Source of the DNA: a virus
Taxonomy: Duplodnaviria; Heunggongvirae; Uroviricota; Caudoviricetes
Reading direction: 5' to 3' (one strand)
Length of the DNA: 64,000 nucleotides
Virus record (IMG/VR): IMGVR_UViG_3300033156_000141
Coordinates: 19,092 to 83,091 of that record
Below the pieces are notes generated by a model, which saw nothing but the letters and a program-made list of their open reading frames with translations, ran no database searches and was not told where the DNA came from. Of this stretch, positions 26,943-35,208 are shown one piece after another; the first letter of the stretch is position 1; every line of letters begins with the position of its first letter. The translations under genes were made by a program, and so were the position numbers.

Positions 26943-28220
26943 ATGGTAATCGGAGGTAATGATATGTCTGAAGAAATAATACATGACTTAGAGAGACCAA
27001 TATATGTAGTAGACCATAAGCAGCTGATAGACATAATAAAGAAAACATATGAAGTACAGGGATCTCTATTTATTCAAGGAGCTATAGGAATAGGTAAATC
27101 GTATACAGTGAGAGAAGCTGCTAGACAGCTAGCTAATGAATATTCACTTGACTTTCTAGAGACAAAAGCTCCTATACTTCATCCAGATAAGTTCTGTCTA
27201 GTGGATCAGAGATTCTCTCAGAAGGATGCTGGTGAAGTGTTAGGACTACCAGAGGACTATGCTATAGTAAAATACAATGGACATATAGAGCTTGTACCAA
27301 TAAAACACTTTGATATATTCACAGCTAGATGGAATGGTGAGTATGAAATAATAGACTATACAACCAAATGGACAGCTCCAGTATGGTTTCCTAGAGAAGG
27401 TAGAGGCATAATATTTGCAGATGAGCTACCACTAGCACCACCACTAGTCAGAAATGCAATATGGGAGCTTATCAATGATAGAGCTCTAGGAGATTATGAA
27501 TTACCAGATGGTTGGATAGTGGTAGCAGCTGGTAACAGAGGACATATAGATGGATGTCCAGAATTTAGATTTGAAGCTCCATTATGCAATAGATTTGCAT
27601 GGTATGAACTAGAAACACCAACTGTAGAAGAATGGACTCCTTGGGCAGTAGACAATGACATAGATCCTAGAATCATATCGTTTCTAAGAGTCAAGACATC
27701 CAATATCTATACATTTAATCCAAAGAGCAAAGAGAAAGCTTTTGCTACACCTAGAGCTTGGGAGAAAGTAAGTGATATGATTAAAGGAGTAGAAGACTTA
27801 GACAAAGTGTTTATGTATGCTAGTGGCAGAGTTGGATCTTATGTAGCTCAAGAGTTTGTATCGTTTCTAAGAATGAGAGACAGATTAGCTCCTCCAGAAG
27901 AGTTCATTAGAAATCCAGATAAAATAGAGATACCTAAAGAAAACGATCTATTATATGCTCTATGCACTAACCTTACAGAGTATCTTTACTACTACGTAAA
28001 GAACAAGCCTGAAGATAAAGCTAGAGAGGTTCTTAGAAGAATATTCATAATCGGAGATAGAATACCTAGAGAATACTGTGCATTTATGCTAAAGATGATA
28101 AAGAGCATGGTACCTGATTTCTTTGATAGAAACGTACTGAAGCTTAAAGAATGGAGTCTATTTGTTCCAACAATAGGAAAATATATATTAGCTATGGAGA
28201 GAGAAGATGAGGATGAGTAG
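26943..28220 (+). CDS. MoxR-family AAA+ ATPase
   Basis: Walker A GAIGIGKS, Walker B GIIFADELP, sensor VVAAGNRG; immediately upstream of a VWA protein (canonical MoxR-VWA pair). Confidence 0.8.
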   Translation: MVIGGNDMSEEIIHDLERPIYVVDHKQLIDIIKKTYEVQGSLFIQGAIGIGKSYTVREAARQLANEYSLDFLETKAPILHPDKFCLVDQRFSQKDAGEVLGLPEDYAIVKYNGHIELVPIKHFDIFTARWNGEYEIIDYTTKWTAPVWFPREGRGIIFADELPLAPPLVRNAIWELINDRALGDYELPDGWIVVAAGNRGHIDGCPEFRFEAPLCNRFAWYELETPTVEEWTPWAVDNDIDPRIISFLRVKTSNIYTFNPKSKEKAFATPRAWEKVSDMIKGVEDLDKVFMYASGRVGSYVAQEFVSFLRMRDRLAPPEEFIRNPDKIEIPKENDLLYALCTNLTEYLYYYVKNKPEDKAREVLRRIFIIGDRIPREYCAFMLKMIKSMVPDFFDRNVLKLKEWSLFVPTIGKYILAMEREDEDE

Positions 28221-28222
28221 AT

Positions 28223-30508
28223 ATGTCTCCAGAAGAGAAGATTACTAAAGCTAGAGTTCAGATGATATCTAAACAGCCATTCTTTGGAGTGCTATGTATG
28301 TCACTGAGATTCAAACCAGATCCCAATGAAGATACAGCAGCTGTTACTCCTTATGGTGTTGTGTACTATAATCCAGACTATATCAAGAAATTGACTACTG
28401 AACAAGTAAAAGGATTGATATGCCATGAAGTAATGCATGTAGCTCTTAGACATCTAGAAAGAGAAGAAGGAAGAGATCATTTCAAAGCTAATATAGCTCA
28501 AGATCTAGCAATAAACCCACTAATACTACAGACATTTCAACTACCACCAGGAGCTCTATACATGAGAGAATATGAAGGTATGTCATGGGAAGAGATATAT
28601 GATAAATTATCAGATCCTAAGAGATTTGAGTGTAATGGAGACTGTGATAACTGTCCATTTAAACAGAAGAATCCTAATGGATTTGGTGGAGTACCATCAG
28701 TAGTTGTAGTGTGTAGAAAACGTGGTAGCTTAGACAAACATGTAACTAGAAAAGACATAGAAGAAGCTAGAAGAAAAGTAGAGGATGGTGTTATATCAAG
28801 GTCTGACTTAGATAAGCTAGGGATACCAAAAGGTGCTTTAGATGATAAAGAAACTGTGAATTGGAGAAAAGTACTGAAAGATGCATGGCATCATGCTAAA
28901 TGTTTAGATCCAAACACACAAATTCTAATGGCAGACAAATCCTTCAAAAGAATAACAGATGTCAAGAAAGGTGATGAAATACTAGGAATTGATGAGAATG
29001 GCAACATTGCTAAAGGAGTAGTCCTTCAGAAGTTCAGAACCATTGTTAATCAGAAAGTTACTATTGAAGCTAGTAATGGTTCAAAGCTGGTTTGTTCACC
29101 TGAGCACTTCATATATAATGGTAAATTCACTAAAGCTGAGGACTTAGACTTAAATACCACATTACCTATAGTAACTATGATTAGCAATGAGGAAGTGGAC
29201 TCAAGGAGAGATAGAATATCTGAAACAAAACTATGGAGTGAAGTCACTAACTCAGATATCAAAGGAGCTCAAGAGAACAAGAATATCTGTGTACAAGAAA
29301 GCTCACAGACTGGGACTGAAACCAAAACTAAAATCTCTAGAGACAATAAACTATTATCGTCCTCAAATATCAGAGAAGGATATAGCTTACTTAGCAGGAT
29401 TGATAGATGGAGAGGGAACAATAACTATCCAAGTCAGAAGGTCTCCAAGAAAGATAAGAGACAAATATGGAAGAATAATAAAGATTTATCAGAATCATTC
29501 TTATACTCCAATCATTTCAATATTCAATACTTCAGAGACTCTAATGGACTGGATGAGGAAACTGGGATGGAATGTACAAGTAACAAAACCAAAGAATCCA
29601 CGTTATCAGACCAAGTACCATTTCTACATTTGTGGATACGGGATTCTTCCATTTCTAGAACAAATAGAACCTTATCTAAGAATCAAGAAAATACACGCAA
29701 GGATATGCATTTTGTGGATTCTAGAGAGACTGGAACAGAACAGACTGGACAAACCAACAGAGAAGATGAAAGAGTACTTGAACGATCTTCAGATATTAAA
29801 CCAGAGAAAAGATGGGTATCAATTAAGCAAATTAAGAAGGAAGATACTAGAGAAGTATTCTATGATCTAAAGACAAGCTTGGGAAACTACATAGCAAATG
29901 GCTTTATTGTTCATAATAGTATGGGTAAAGCTCCATTAGGTATTGAAAGACTTATAGAAGACCTAGTAGAACCACAGATCAATTGGTTAGAATATCTACC
30001 TCAGCTTATTGTAAGACATATGCCTTATGACTACACATACTCTAGACCTTCTAAGAAATCGATAGCTGCTGGATACTATCTACCAAGTGTACTAAAGTCA
30101 GGAATAAAAGGAGTAGTAGTTATAGATACATCTGGCTCTATGAGTATGGAAGATTTAAGAGATGGATTATCACAGATAATAGGAATATTCAGAGAAGTAC
30201 CTAATGCAGAACTTACTATCTATAGCTGTGATGCAATGCTGTATGAAGCTCAAACTATTACATCAGAATACGACTTAAACACATTACAACTCAAGGGTGG
30301 AGGAGGTACAGACTTTAGACCTATGTTTCAGAAAATCCAAGAAGGTGGAGATGATGTTGATCTACTAATCTATATTACTGATGGATATGGAGAATATCCT
30401 ACACCAGATATGATAAATCCAAATATGACAGTAATATGGGTTATTACTAGAGATGGTGATGAAACTAGAGTACCAGACTACTTTGATCTAGTAGTGAAGA
30501 TAAAATGA
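28223..30508 (+). CDS. VWA-domain protein with N-terminal HExxH metallopeptidase-like domain (DUF2201-like), interrupted by an intein
   Basis: HEVMHVALRH (HExxH); MIDAS VVVIDTSGSMSMEDL; intein blocks CLDPNTQIL... and ...FYDLKTSLGNYIANGFIVHN|S. Confidence 0.75.
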   Translation: MSPEEKITKARVQMISKQPFFGVLCMSLRFKPDPNEDTAAVTPYGVVYYNPDYIKKLTTEQVKGLICHEVMHVALRHLEREEGRDHFKANIAQDLAINPLILQTFQLPPGALYMREYEGMSWEEIYDKLSDPKRFECNGDCDNCPFKQKNPNGFGGVPSVVVVCRKRGSLDKHVTRKDIEEARRKVEDGVISRSDLDKLGIPKGALDDKETVNWRKVLKDAWHHAKCLDPNTQILMADKSFKRITDVKKGDEILGIDENGNIAKGVVLQKFRTIVNQKVTIEASNGSKLVCSPEHFIYNGKFTKAEDLDLNTTLPIVTMISNEEVDSRRDRISETKLWSEVTNSDIKGAQENKNICVQESSQTGTETKTKISRDNKLLSSSNIREGYSLLSRIDRWRGNNNYPSQKVSKKDKRQIWKNNKDLSESFLYSNHFNIQYFRDSNGLDEETGMECTSNKTKESTLSDQVPFLHLWIRDSSISRTNRTLSKNQENTRKDMHFVDSRETGTEQTGQTNREDERVLERSSDIKPEKRWVSIKQIKKEDTREVFYDLKTSLGNYIANGFIVHNSMGKAPLGIERLIEDLVEPQINWLEYLPQLIVRHMPYDYTYSRPSKKSIAAGYYLPSVLKSGIKGVVVIDTSGSMSMEDLRDGLSQIIGIFREVPNAELTIYSCDAMLYEAQTITSEYDLNTLQLKGGGGTDFRPMFQKIQEGGDDVDLLIYITDGYGEYPTPDMINPNMTVIWVITRDGDETRVPDYFDLVVKIK
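28901..29917 (+). other. intein (339 codons) within the VWA gene; Cys1 at 28901, terminal HN at 29912..29917, +1 Ser
   Basis: Block A CLDPNTQILMADKS, block B SKLVCSPEHFIY (TxxH-like), block F/G EVFYDLKT...ANGFIVHNS in the host reading frame. Confidence 0.7.
29187..29870 (+). CDS. LAGLIDADG homing endonuclease with N-terminal HTH, encoded in the +1 frame inside the intein
   Basis: IAYLAGLIDGEGTITIQ; N-terminal HTH GEIEYLKQNYGVKSLTQISKELKRTRISVYKKAHRLGLK; a different frame from the host ORF, which nevertheless stays open. Confidence 0.65.
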   Translation: MRKWTQGEIEYLKQNYGVKSLTQISKELKRTRISVYKKAHRLGLKPKLKSLETINYYRPQISEKDIAYLAGLIDGEGTITIQVRRSPRKIRDKYGRIIKIYQNHSYTPIISIFNTSETLMDWMRKLGWNVQVTKPKNPRYQTKYHFYICGYGILPFLEQIEPYLRIKKIHARICILWILERLEQNRLDKPTEKMKEYLNDLQILNQRKDGYQLSKLRRKILEKYSMI

Positions 30509-30598
30509 AACCATTCTGTTAAAATATCTTATTAGTAGATTACCACCTAAGAAATAGAACCATTAGTTCTCAAATGTCTTTATGAGGAGGATGAACAT

Positions 30599-30814
30599 AT
30601 GGATATAAGACTACCAAATATTAGAATCTATGCTAGAATAGAATATATCTCTATGGATGCAGAGGGCAATATAGTTATAGGACTATCTAAACGTACAAGC
30701 AGAGATACTACTCTAGAGCTTCTAAGAGCATACGAAGGTAAGGAAGTCTACATGTTAGTAGCTGAAGGTAAATGGGCTATAGATAATAAGCACTCAAAGT
30801 CACAGGAGGAATAG
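30599..30814 (+). CDS. hypothetical protein (71 aa)
   Basis: ORF with SD GAGGAGGATG. Confidence 0.4.
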   Translation: MDIRLPNIRIYARIEYISMDAEGNIVIGLSKRTSRDTTLELLRAYEGKEVYMLVAEGKWAIDNKHSKSQEE

Positions 30815-30816
30815 AA

Positions 30817-31086
30817 ATGTGGGAAGAAGATAGCTCAGACAGACTACTAAAGATACTACTAGTGATTGGTATAATAGCTGGTGTGTCTCTAGGTATATTC
30901 TTTGGTACTATGTTTAGATCAGTAGATACAGGATACGGTGTACTATTAGTAGATCCAATGACTGGTACTATTTCTGATCCAATACTTGGACCTACATGGT
31001 TCATAAAGATGCCTTGGTTCAGAACAGTATATATTTATTATGCTACAGAGTCTGTGGGAATGTGGGGAGATAGAGTACTAGCATAA
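30817..31086 (+). CDS. SPFH/band-7 (stomatin/prohibitin-like) protein, N-terminal fragment (TM + start of SPFH domain)
   Basis: TM helix LLVIGIIAGVSLGIFFG then YGVLLVDPMTGTIS...GPTWFIKMPWFRTV, typical of the SPFH N-terminus; ends ...GDRVLA. Confidence 0.6.
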   Translation: MWEEDSSDRLLKILLVIGIIAGVSLGIFFGTMFRSVDTGYGVLLVDPMTGTISDPILGPTWFIKMPWFRTVYIYYATESVGMWGDRVLA

Positions 31087-31742
31087 GATTTATACAAGAC
31101 ACTTTCCAAGTATCTTGTATGAAATTCACAACAGAAGAACTAGAGTTTATCAAATTAAACCATTCTAAGATGACGATTAAAGAGATAGCACAAGCATTAA
31201 ACAAAGATCCTCGTAGAGTATCAGAAGCAGCTATTTCATTAGGTCTAAGGAAATATCCTAAACGTGGTACTAAAGTATCTAAAAGATGTGAACAGTGTGG
31301 TCAGCTCTTCTTCAAAGGATATAGAGAATCCAGATCTCATTTCAGCTCTAGAAGATTTTGTAGTGTTGAGTGTTTTAGAGAATATATGAAAGAACATAGG
31401 AATGAAACATTTCCTAGTAACATTCATGAGATGTGTGCAAATGGAAGAAGAGCTGAACGAGAGGCGTACAAATTACTTAAGAACGAATTTGATTTCTTAG
31501 CTAAGAGTGTCTCGATATGTGACTACATTGGAGTCAAGGACAACAAGATATACTTAATAGAGATTAAGTACAAGAATGCTAAGTTATCAAAGAAACAGAA
31601 GAAAGCATACAAGGTACTTGGAGAGTGTTATAAGGTTGTTAGAATTAGCTAGTACTCCTCCAAGGCACAGATCCATATGCAGAGTACCCCGCTATTAAGT
31701 GCTTTACCTCTGATCAGTTAGAAGCTACTATAGATATTATGG
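31085..31742 (+). mobile_element. putative group I-type intron (or HEG cassette) interrupting the SPFH gene, carrying nuclease ORF 31119..31652
   Basis: Exon sequences are contiguous at the protein level (…DRVLA|(L/M)VRWSLDP matches the SPFH consensus V.VDAVV.YRV.DP). The insert changes the frame (length not a multiple of 3), and begins after a U and ends in G if the boundaries are 31085/31742. Confidence 0.4.
31119..31652 (+). CDS. HTH + zinc-ribbon + PD-(D/E)xK-like nuclease (homing-endonuclease-like)
   Basis: N-terminal HTH EELEFIKLNHSKMTIKEIAQALNKDPRRVSEAAISLGLRKY is paralogous to the LAGLIDADG ORF HTH; CEQCGQ...CSVEC; C-terminal ICDYIGVKDNKIYLIEIKYK (D...E.K). Confidence 0.5.
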   Translation: MKFTTEELEFIKLNHSKMTIKEIAQALNKDPRRVSEAAISLGLRKYPKRGTKVSKRCEQCGQLFFKGYRESRSHFSSRRFCSVECFREYMKEHRNETFPSNIHEMCANGRRAEREAYKLLKNEFDFLAKSVSICDYIGVKDNKIYLIEIKYKNAKLSKKQKKAYKVLGECYKVVRIS

Positions 31743-32356
31743 TACGATGGAGTCTAGATCCGACTAAGCTCAAAGAACTTTACTTGTCATATCCAAACTT
31801 AGATTGGGAAGACAGAGCTATAGCTTCTACTGTGAGAGAGACTATTAGATTTGTTACTAAGAACTTTACAGCTACACAGATGATAACTAGAAGAGAAGAA
31901 GTGGCATATGCTATTCAAGAAGCTGTATTCGATGCTCTACATAGTACGGAATCTCTTAAAGGAGCTTTAGTGCATCTAGAGTTCGACCTCAGAAACATAG
32001 CATTACCAGAGAAATACATGCAAGCTATCGAAGATAAGATGGTAGCTGAGCAACAGAAGATACAAGCGGAATTTGAGAGAGAACGTATATTGGTTCTAGC
32101 TGATGCAGAGGCACAACAGAAGATACGAATAGCTGAAGCTGAGGCTGAGACTAGACTGATAGTTGCTAATGCTACTAGAGAATCTATAGAGATGATAGCT
32201 AGAGCAGCTGGTATCGATGATGCAGAGGACTTAGCAGAGCTGTATCTATATCTAGAAGCACTTAAGGAAATAGCACCAAATGTAGATGTTCTAATAGTAT
32301 CTACAGATGAACAGGGAAATCCAATAATATACTCTCTACCAAAGTCTGGTAAGTAG
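31739..32356 (+). CDS. SPFH/band-7 protein, C-terminal fragment
   Basis: VRWSLDPTKLKELYLSY..., IQAEFERERILVLADAEAQQKIRIAEAEAETRLIVANA = SPFH domain + characteristic AEAEA coiled coil. Confidence 0.6.
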   Translation: MVRWSLDPTKLKELYLSYPNLDWEDRAIASTVRETIRFVTKNFTATQMITRREEVAYAIQEAVFDALHSTESLKGALVHLEFDLRNIALPEKYMQAIEDKMVAEQQKIQAEFERERILVLADAEAQQKIRIAEAEAETRLIVANATRESIEMIARAAGIDDAEDLAELYLYLEALKEIAPNVDVLIVSTDEQGNPIIYSLPKSGK

Positions 32357-32394
32357 GGGTAGATGTACTAAGTACTACTACCCCTACATTTTTT

Positions 32395-32880
32395 ATGGTG
32401 AGTCTGATGTATCTATTATATGGCACTGAGAAAGTATTCAAAGTTACAGATATAAGCTTGACATTATTTGTAACTGGATTAACTACAGCAGTAAGTTCGT
32501 TATTATTCATGATAATGTACTGGTGTTCAAATATCTCAATTTATGAAGTCTGTATCTGTGTTCTAATTACTTCATTGGTATCTCTTCTTTTCTTTCTTAT
32601 ATCAACACCAAGAATAGAACGTTATGCTATTCCTTTATCTAAAGATAGGTATCTTGTGAAAACTTACTTGACTTTATCTGAAATACCATCTACTATTCGT
32701 AATTGTTTTGAGAAAGCTGAAATGCTAGGACTAAGACCTGAAATCTATGCTGTAGTTACATTTAAAGAGCTAATGAACTTCCGATATAAGCGAAGGAATC
32801 TCGTAGTTATATCAAGACTAAATGGTTTCAATAGTTGCTATCTTATATTCTCAAATGATCTAGAGGAGAAGATTAAATGA
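32395..32880 (+). CDS. integral membrane protein (161 aa)
   Basis: Multiple hydrophobic helices. Confidence 0.45.
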   Translation: MVSLMYLLYGTEKVFKVTDISLTLFVTGLTTAVSSLLFMIMYWCSNISIYEVCICVLITSLVSLLFFLISTPRIERYAIPLSKDRYLVKTYLTLSEIPSTIRNCFEKAEMLGLRPEIYAVVTFKELMNFRYKRRNLVVISRLNGFNSCYLIFSNDLEEKIK

Positions 32881-33179
32881 ATCGATATGGAGCTGAATTT
32901 TATATCGATGGATTGATTGGATATGTTCTATACGTTTTATCAATTAGGAATTTCAACAAGCGTTTAATACGACTTGAGGCAATTGATGAGATATTGTTAG
33001 AAAATCTTCTTTATCTCAAGAGAGTTATTAGAGAGATGATAGATGACAAGAAAATGACAGATAGTAAAGCTCTTAGTATACTATCAGAGTCATTACCTTA
33101 TAATGTTCAGAATTTTCTTTTTGAATTAAAGTCATTAAATGAGAAGGTTGGAAGACTTCTATTGATGTTTGAGCTCTAA
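32877..33179 (+). CDS. hypothetical protein (100 aa)
   Basis: ORF overlapping the previous stop (ATGA). Confidence 0.45.
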   Translation: MNRYGAEFYIDGLIGYVLYVLSIRNFNKRLIRLEAIDEILLENLLYLKRVIREMIDDKKMTDSKALSILSESLPYNVQNFLFELKSLNEKVGRLLLMFEL

Positions 33180-33190
33180 GAGGTGAGTGT

Positions 33191-33919
33191 ATGTCAAGTC
33201 TAAGAGTTGAGTTTAATGTGATTGAGACTATTGAAAGACCATATGGCTATCAAGAGAAAATAATTCAGTACAGAGACAATCCGTCTAAATATAAAGCTAT
33301 AATCAAAGATGGAGACTTAGTTGCTATCCTTGGTAGAAGATACAAGCTAGTACCAAATGAGCAAGTGATTGACATTACAAGAGACATAAGTGAAGCTCTG
33401 AATCTTGACTTTTTCTACTATACTTATAGATGGAGAGTATATTGTATTCTAAGAGACAACGAAGTAGGAGTAATGGTAATTAACAGTGTTGATGGTACAG
33501 AGTCTCTGAAATGTGATGCTCTGTTCTACTCAAATGACATAGGTATTATACCTCCAAGATCTATTACAAATGTGTATAGAAGACATAGTGAATCTCTAGA
33601 GGTTAATGAGCTATACGATATCATACCAGAAGTTCTCAATAATTCAAGAGATTACAAGAACTGGTTTGAAGATCTTAGTAACTATAAAGTTAGTGACTAT
33701 CTAAGCTCTCTTAAAGAGATGGTTACTGTTCTTCCTAAGAAATACAGAAATGGATGTCTTGAATATGTCTATTTCAATCCAGAGTATTCGATTAAGGACA
33801 TGTATGAGCTAATAGCTAGACGTATCTGGAGTAACGATATTGACATGAGAACTAAGATAAATTTATATAAAAGCCTAAATCAGATAGTAGCTGCTCTAGG
33901 TCTAGCTGTTATGTTATGA
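33191..33919 (+). CDS. hypothetical protein (242 aa)
   Basis: ORF with SD GAGGTGAG. Confidence 0.5.
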   Translation: MSSLRVEFNVIETIERPYGYQEKIIQYRDNPSKYKAIIKDGDLVAILGRRYKLVPNEQVIDITRDISEALNLDFFYYTYRWRVYCILRDNEVGVMVINSVDGTESLKCDALFYSNDIGIIPPRSITNVYRRHSESLEVNELYDIIPEVLNNSRDYKNWFEDLSNYKVSDYLSSLKEMVTVLPKKYRNGCLEYVYFNPEYSIKDMYELIARRIWSNDIDMRTKINLYKSLNQIVAALGLAVML

Positions 33920-33928
33920 GGTGTCTGG

Positions 33929-34666
33929 ATGTTTAATCTGGATATTGACAATGACTATTTCTTTTCTTATATATTTCCAAAGCTTGAATCATTACCTACT
34001 CCTATAGATGAAAATGACAATCCAATAGTACATAAGAAAATAATAGTATTTGGAGATCAAGGTTCTGGTAAGTCGATTCTCTTTAGATCTTTAGTAGCTA
34101 AAGCTGTTGAGCTTTATGGAGAAGAGAATGTTAATGCAGTTATATCACATAGAGGAGACTCACTTCTTAATCTACTAAGCTGGGGATATGACGATAAACC
34201 AGTTCAGATTCAGATAGCTGATGACTTCACACTGGACAACACTCCTGAATGGGTTCTCAAGCAATACTTTAGATCAAGACATATATGGAGAGCTCAATAC
34301 AAAGTTACTCATGGTTATATTCTAAGTATATTTTCTGTACATAGATTCATGTCAATGAGTAAGGAGATACGTAGTGGAGCTAATGCTGTATTAGTTAAGA
34401 GTATGTCACTAAATCCTTATGACAACAACATCATTAAACGTTATATTGGAGATGTTGGAGTGGAGGATTTGAGAGTGATAGAGGAGTTATCTGATAATAA
34501 TCCACAGCTAAAGAGCTTTACTCCATACTATGTAAGAACAGGTAGAAGAGCTATTCTATGCTTACCACCTTCTAAAGAAAACTTTATTACAAATATAATA
34601 GATAAAAGAAAGAGACTTTCTAATGATATGGCATTAAAGCTAAAAAAGATAGCTGTCTATGCATAG
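33929..34666 (+). CDS. P-loop NTPase
   Basis: Walker A IIVFGDQGSGKSILF; Walker B-like IQIADDF. Confidence 0.6.
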   Translation: MFNLDIDNDYFFSYIFPKLESLPTPIDENDNPIVHKKIIVFGDQGSGKSILFRSLVAKAVELYGEENVNAVISHRGDSLLNLLSWGYDDKPVQIQIADDFTLDNTPEWVLKQYFRSRHIWRAQYKVTHGYILSIFSVHRFMSMSKEIRSGANAVLVKSMSLNPYDNNIIKRYIGDVGVEDLRVIEELSDNNPQLKSFTPYYVRTGRRAILCLPPSKENFITNIIDKRKRLSNDMALKLKKIAVYA

Positions 34667-34669
34667 GAG

Positions 34670-34903
34670 ATGATTTCTATGATCAAGAGAAAATGTAAGA
34701 TGTGTGGTAGAGAATGGAAGTGTGAACCAATCAGAACAAGACAAGGAGTTTTATGTAGCACAAAATGTGAACCACTGTGCTTTAAGTGTTTTATAGAGAA
34801 AGAGGGCTTAAACAATCTATCAGACTTTGATATCAAAAAACTATTAGAAGCTAATTGTTGGAAATACGAATCTGATGAGTATAAGATGATGGTGCTGATA
34901 TGA
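34670..34903 (+). CDS. small zinc-ribbon protein (CKMCGR...CSTKC..CFKC)
   Basis: Cys-rich. Confidence 0.45.
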   Translation: MISMIKRKCKMCGREWKCEPIRTRQGVLCSTKCEPLCFKCFIEKEGLNNLSDFDIKKLLEANCWKYESDEYKMMVLI

Positions 34904-35208
34904 GTGGGAAATATATGTTCAAAAGAATCGAAATACCAAACAACTACGATGAGAAGGCACTTCGAGAAGAGTTAAAGAAGATACTAAAAGTCACAGACTA
35001 TATAGCTATATGTGCAGTATTAATTTATCAGTACTCAGAAACCCCATGTAAAGATGGTAAAGAATACAGACTTAGACTATTTCAAGTGGATATTGATAAG
35101 ATAGAGATTCATAATGGACGAGCTATGATTCGTAGTAGCAATATACCAGATCTTGATCTAGAGATGGATCAATATTTAGAAGTAATGCTGATGAGGAGAT
35201 TTGAATGA
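34900..35208 (+). CDS. hypothetical protein, related to the N-terminal half of the 35205/35755 paralogs
   Basis: YIAICAVLIYQYSETPCKDGKEYRLRLFQVDIDKIEIHNG vs LAIVEYIYTYSKVPLAEDYDKERVYYEIDPDDIEIKDVNG. Confidence 0.45.
   Translation: MSGKYMFKRIEIPNNYDEKALREELKKILKVTDYIAICAVLIYQYSETPCKDGKEYRLRLFQVDIDKIEIHNGRAMIRSSNIPDLDLEMDQYLEVMLMRRFE

Noticed and set aside
28223-30508. Treating 28223..30508 as a single uninterrupted 761-aa VWA protein
   Set aside because: Canonical intein N- and C-terminal blocks flank a region whose in-frame translation is low-complexity, while a LAGLIDADG ORF occupies another frame. The mature protein is predicted to be ~422 aa after splicing.
30817-32356. Intein explanation for the split SPFH gene
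   Set aside because: The two SPFH halves are in different reading frames, and the insert begins with a stop codon. Protein splicing cannot restore the frame, so an RNA-level intron or a genuinely split gene is required.
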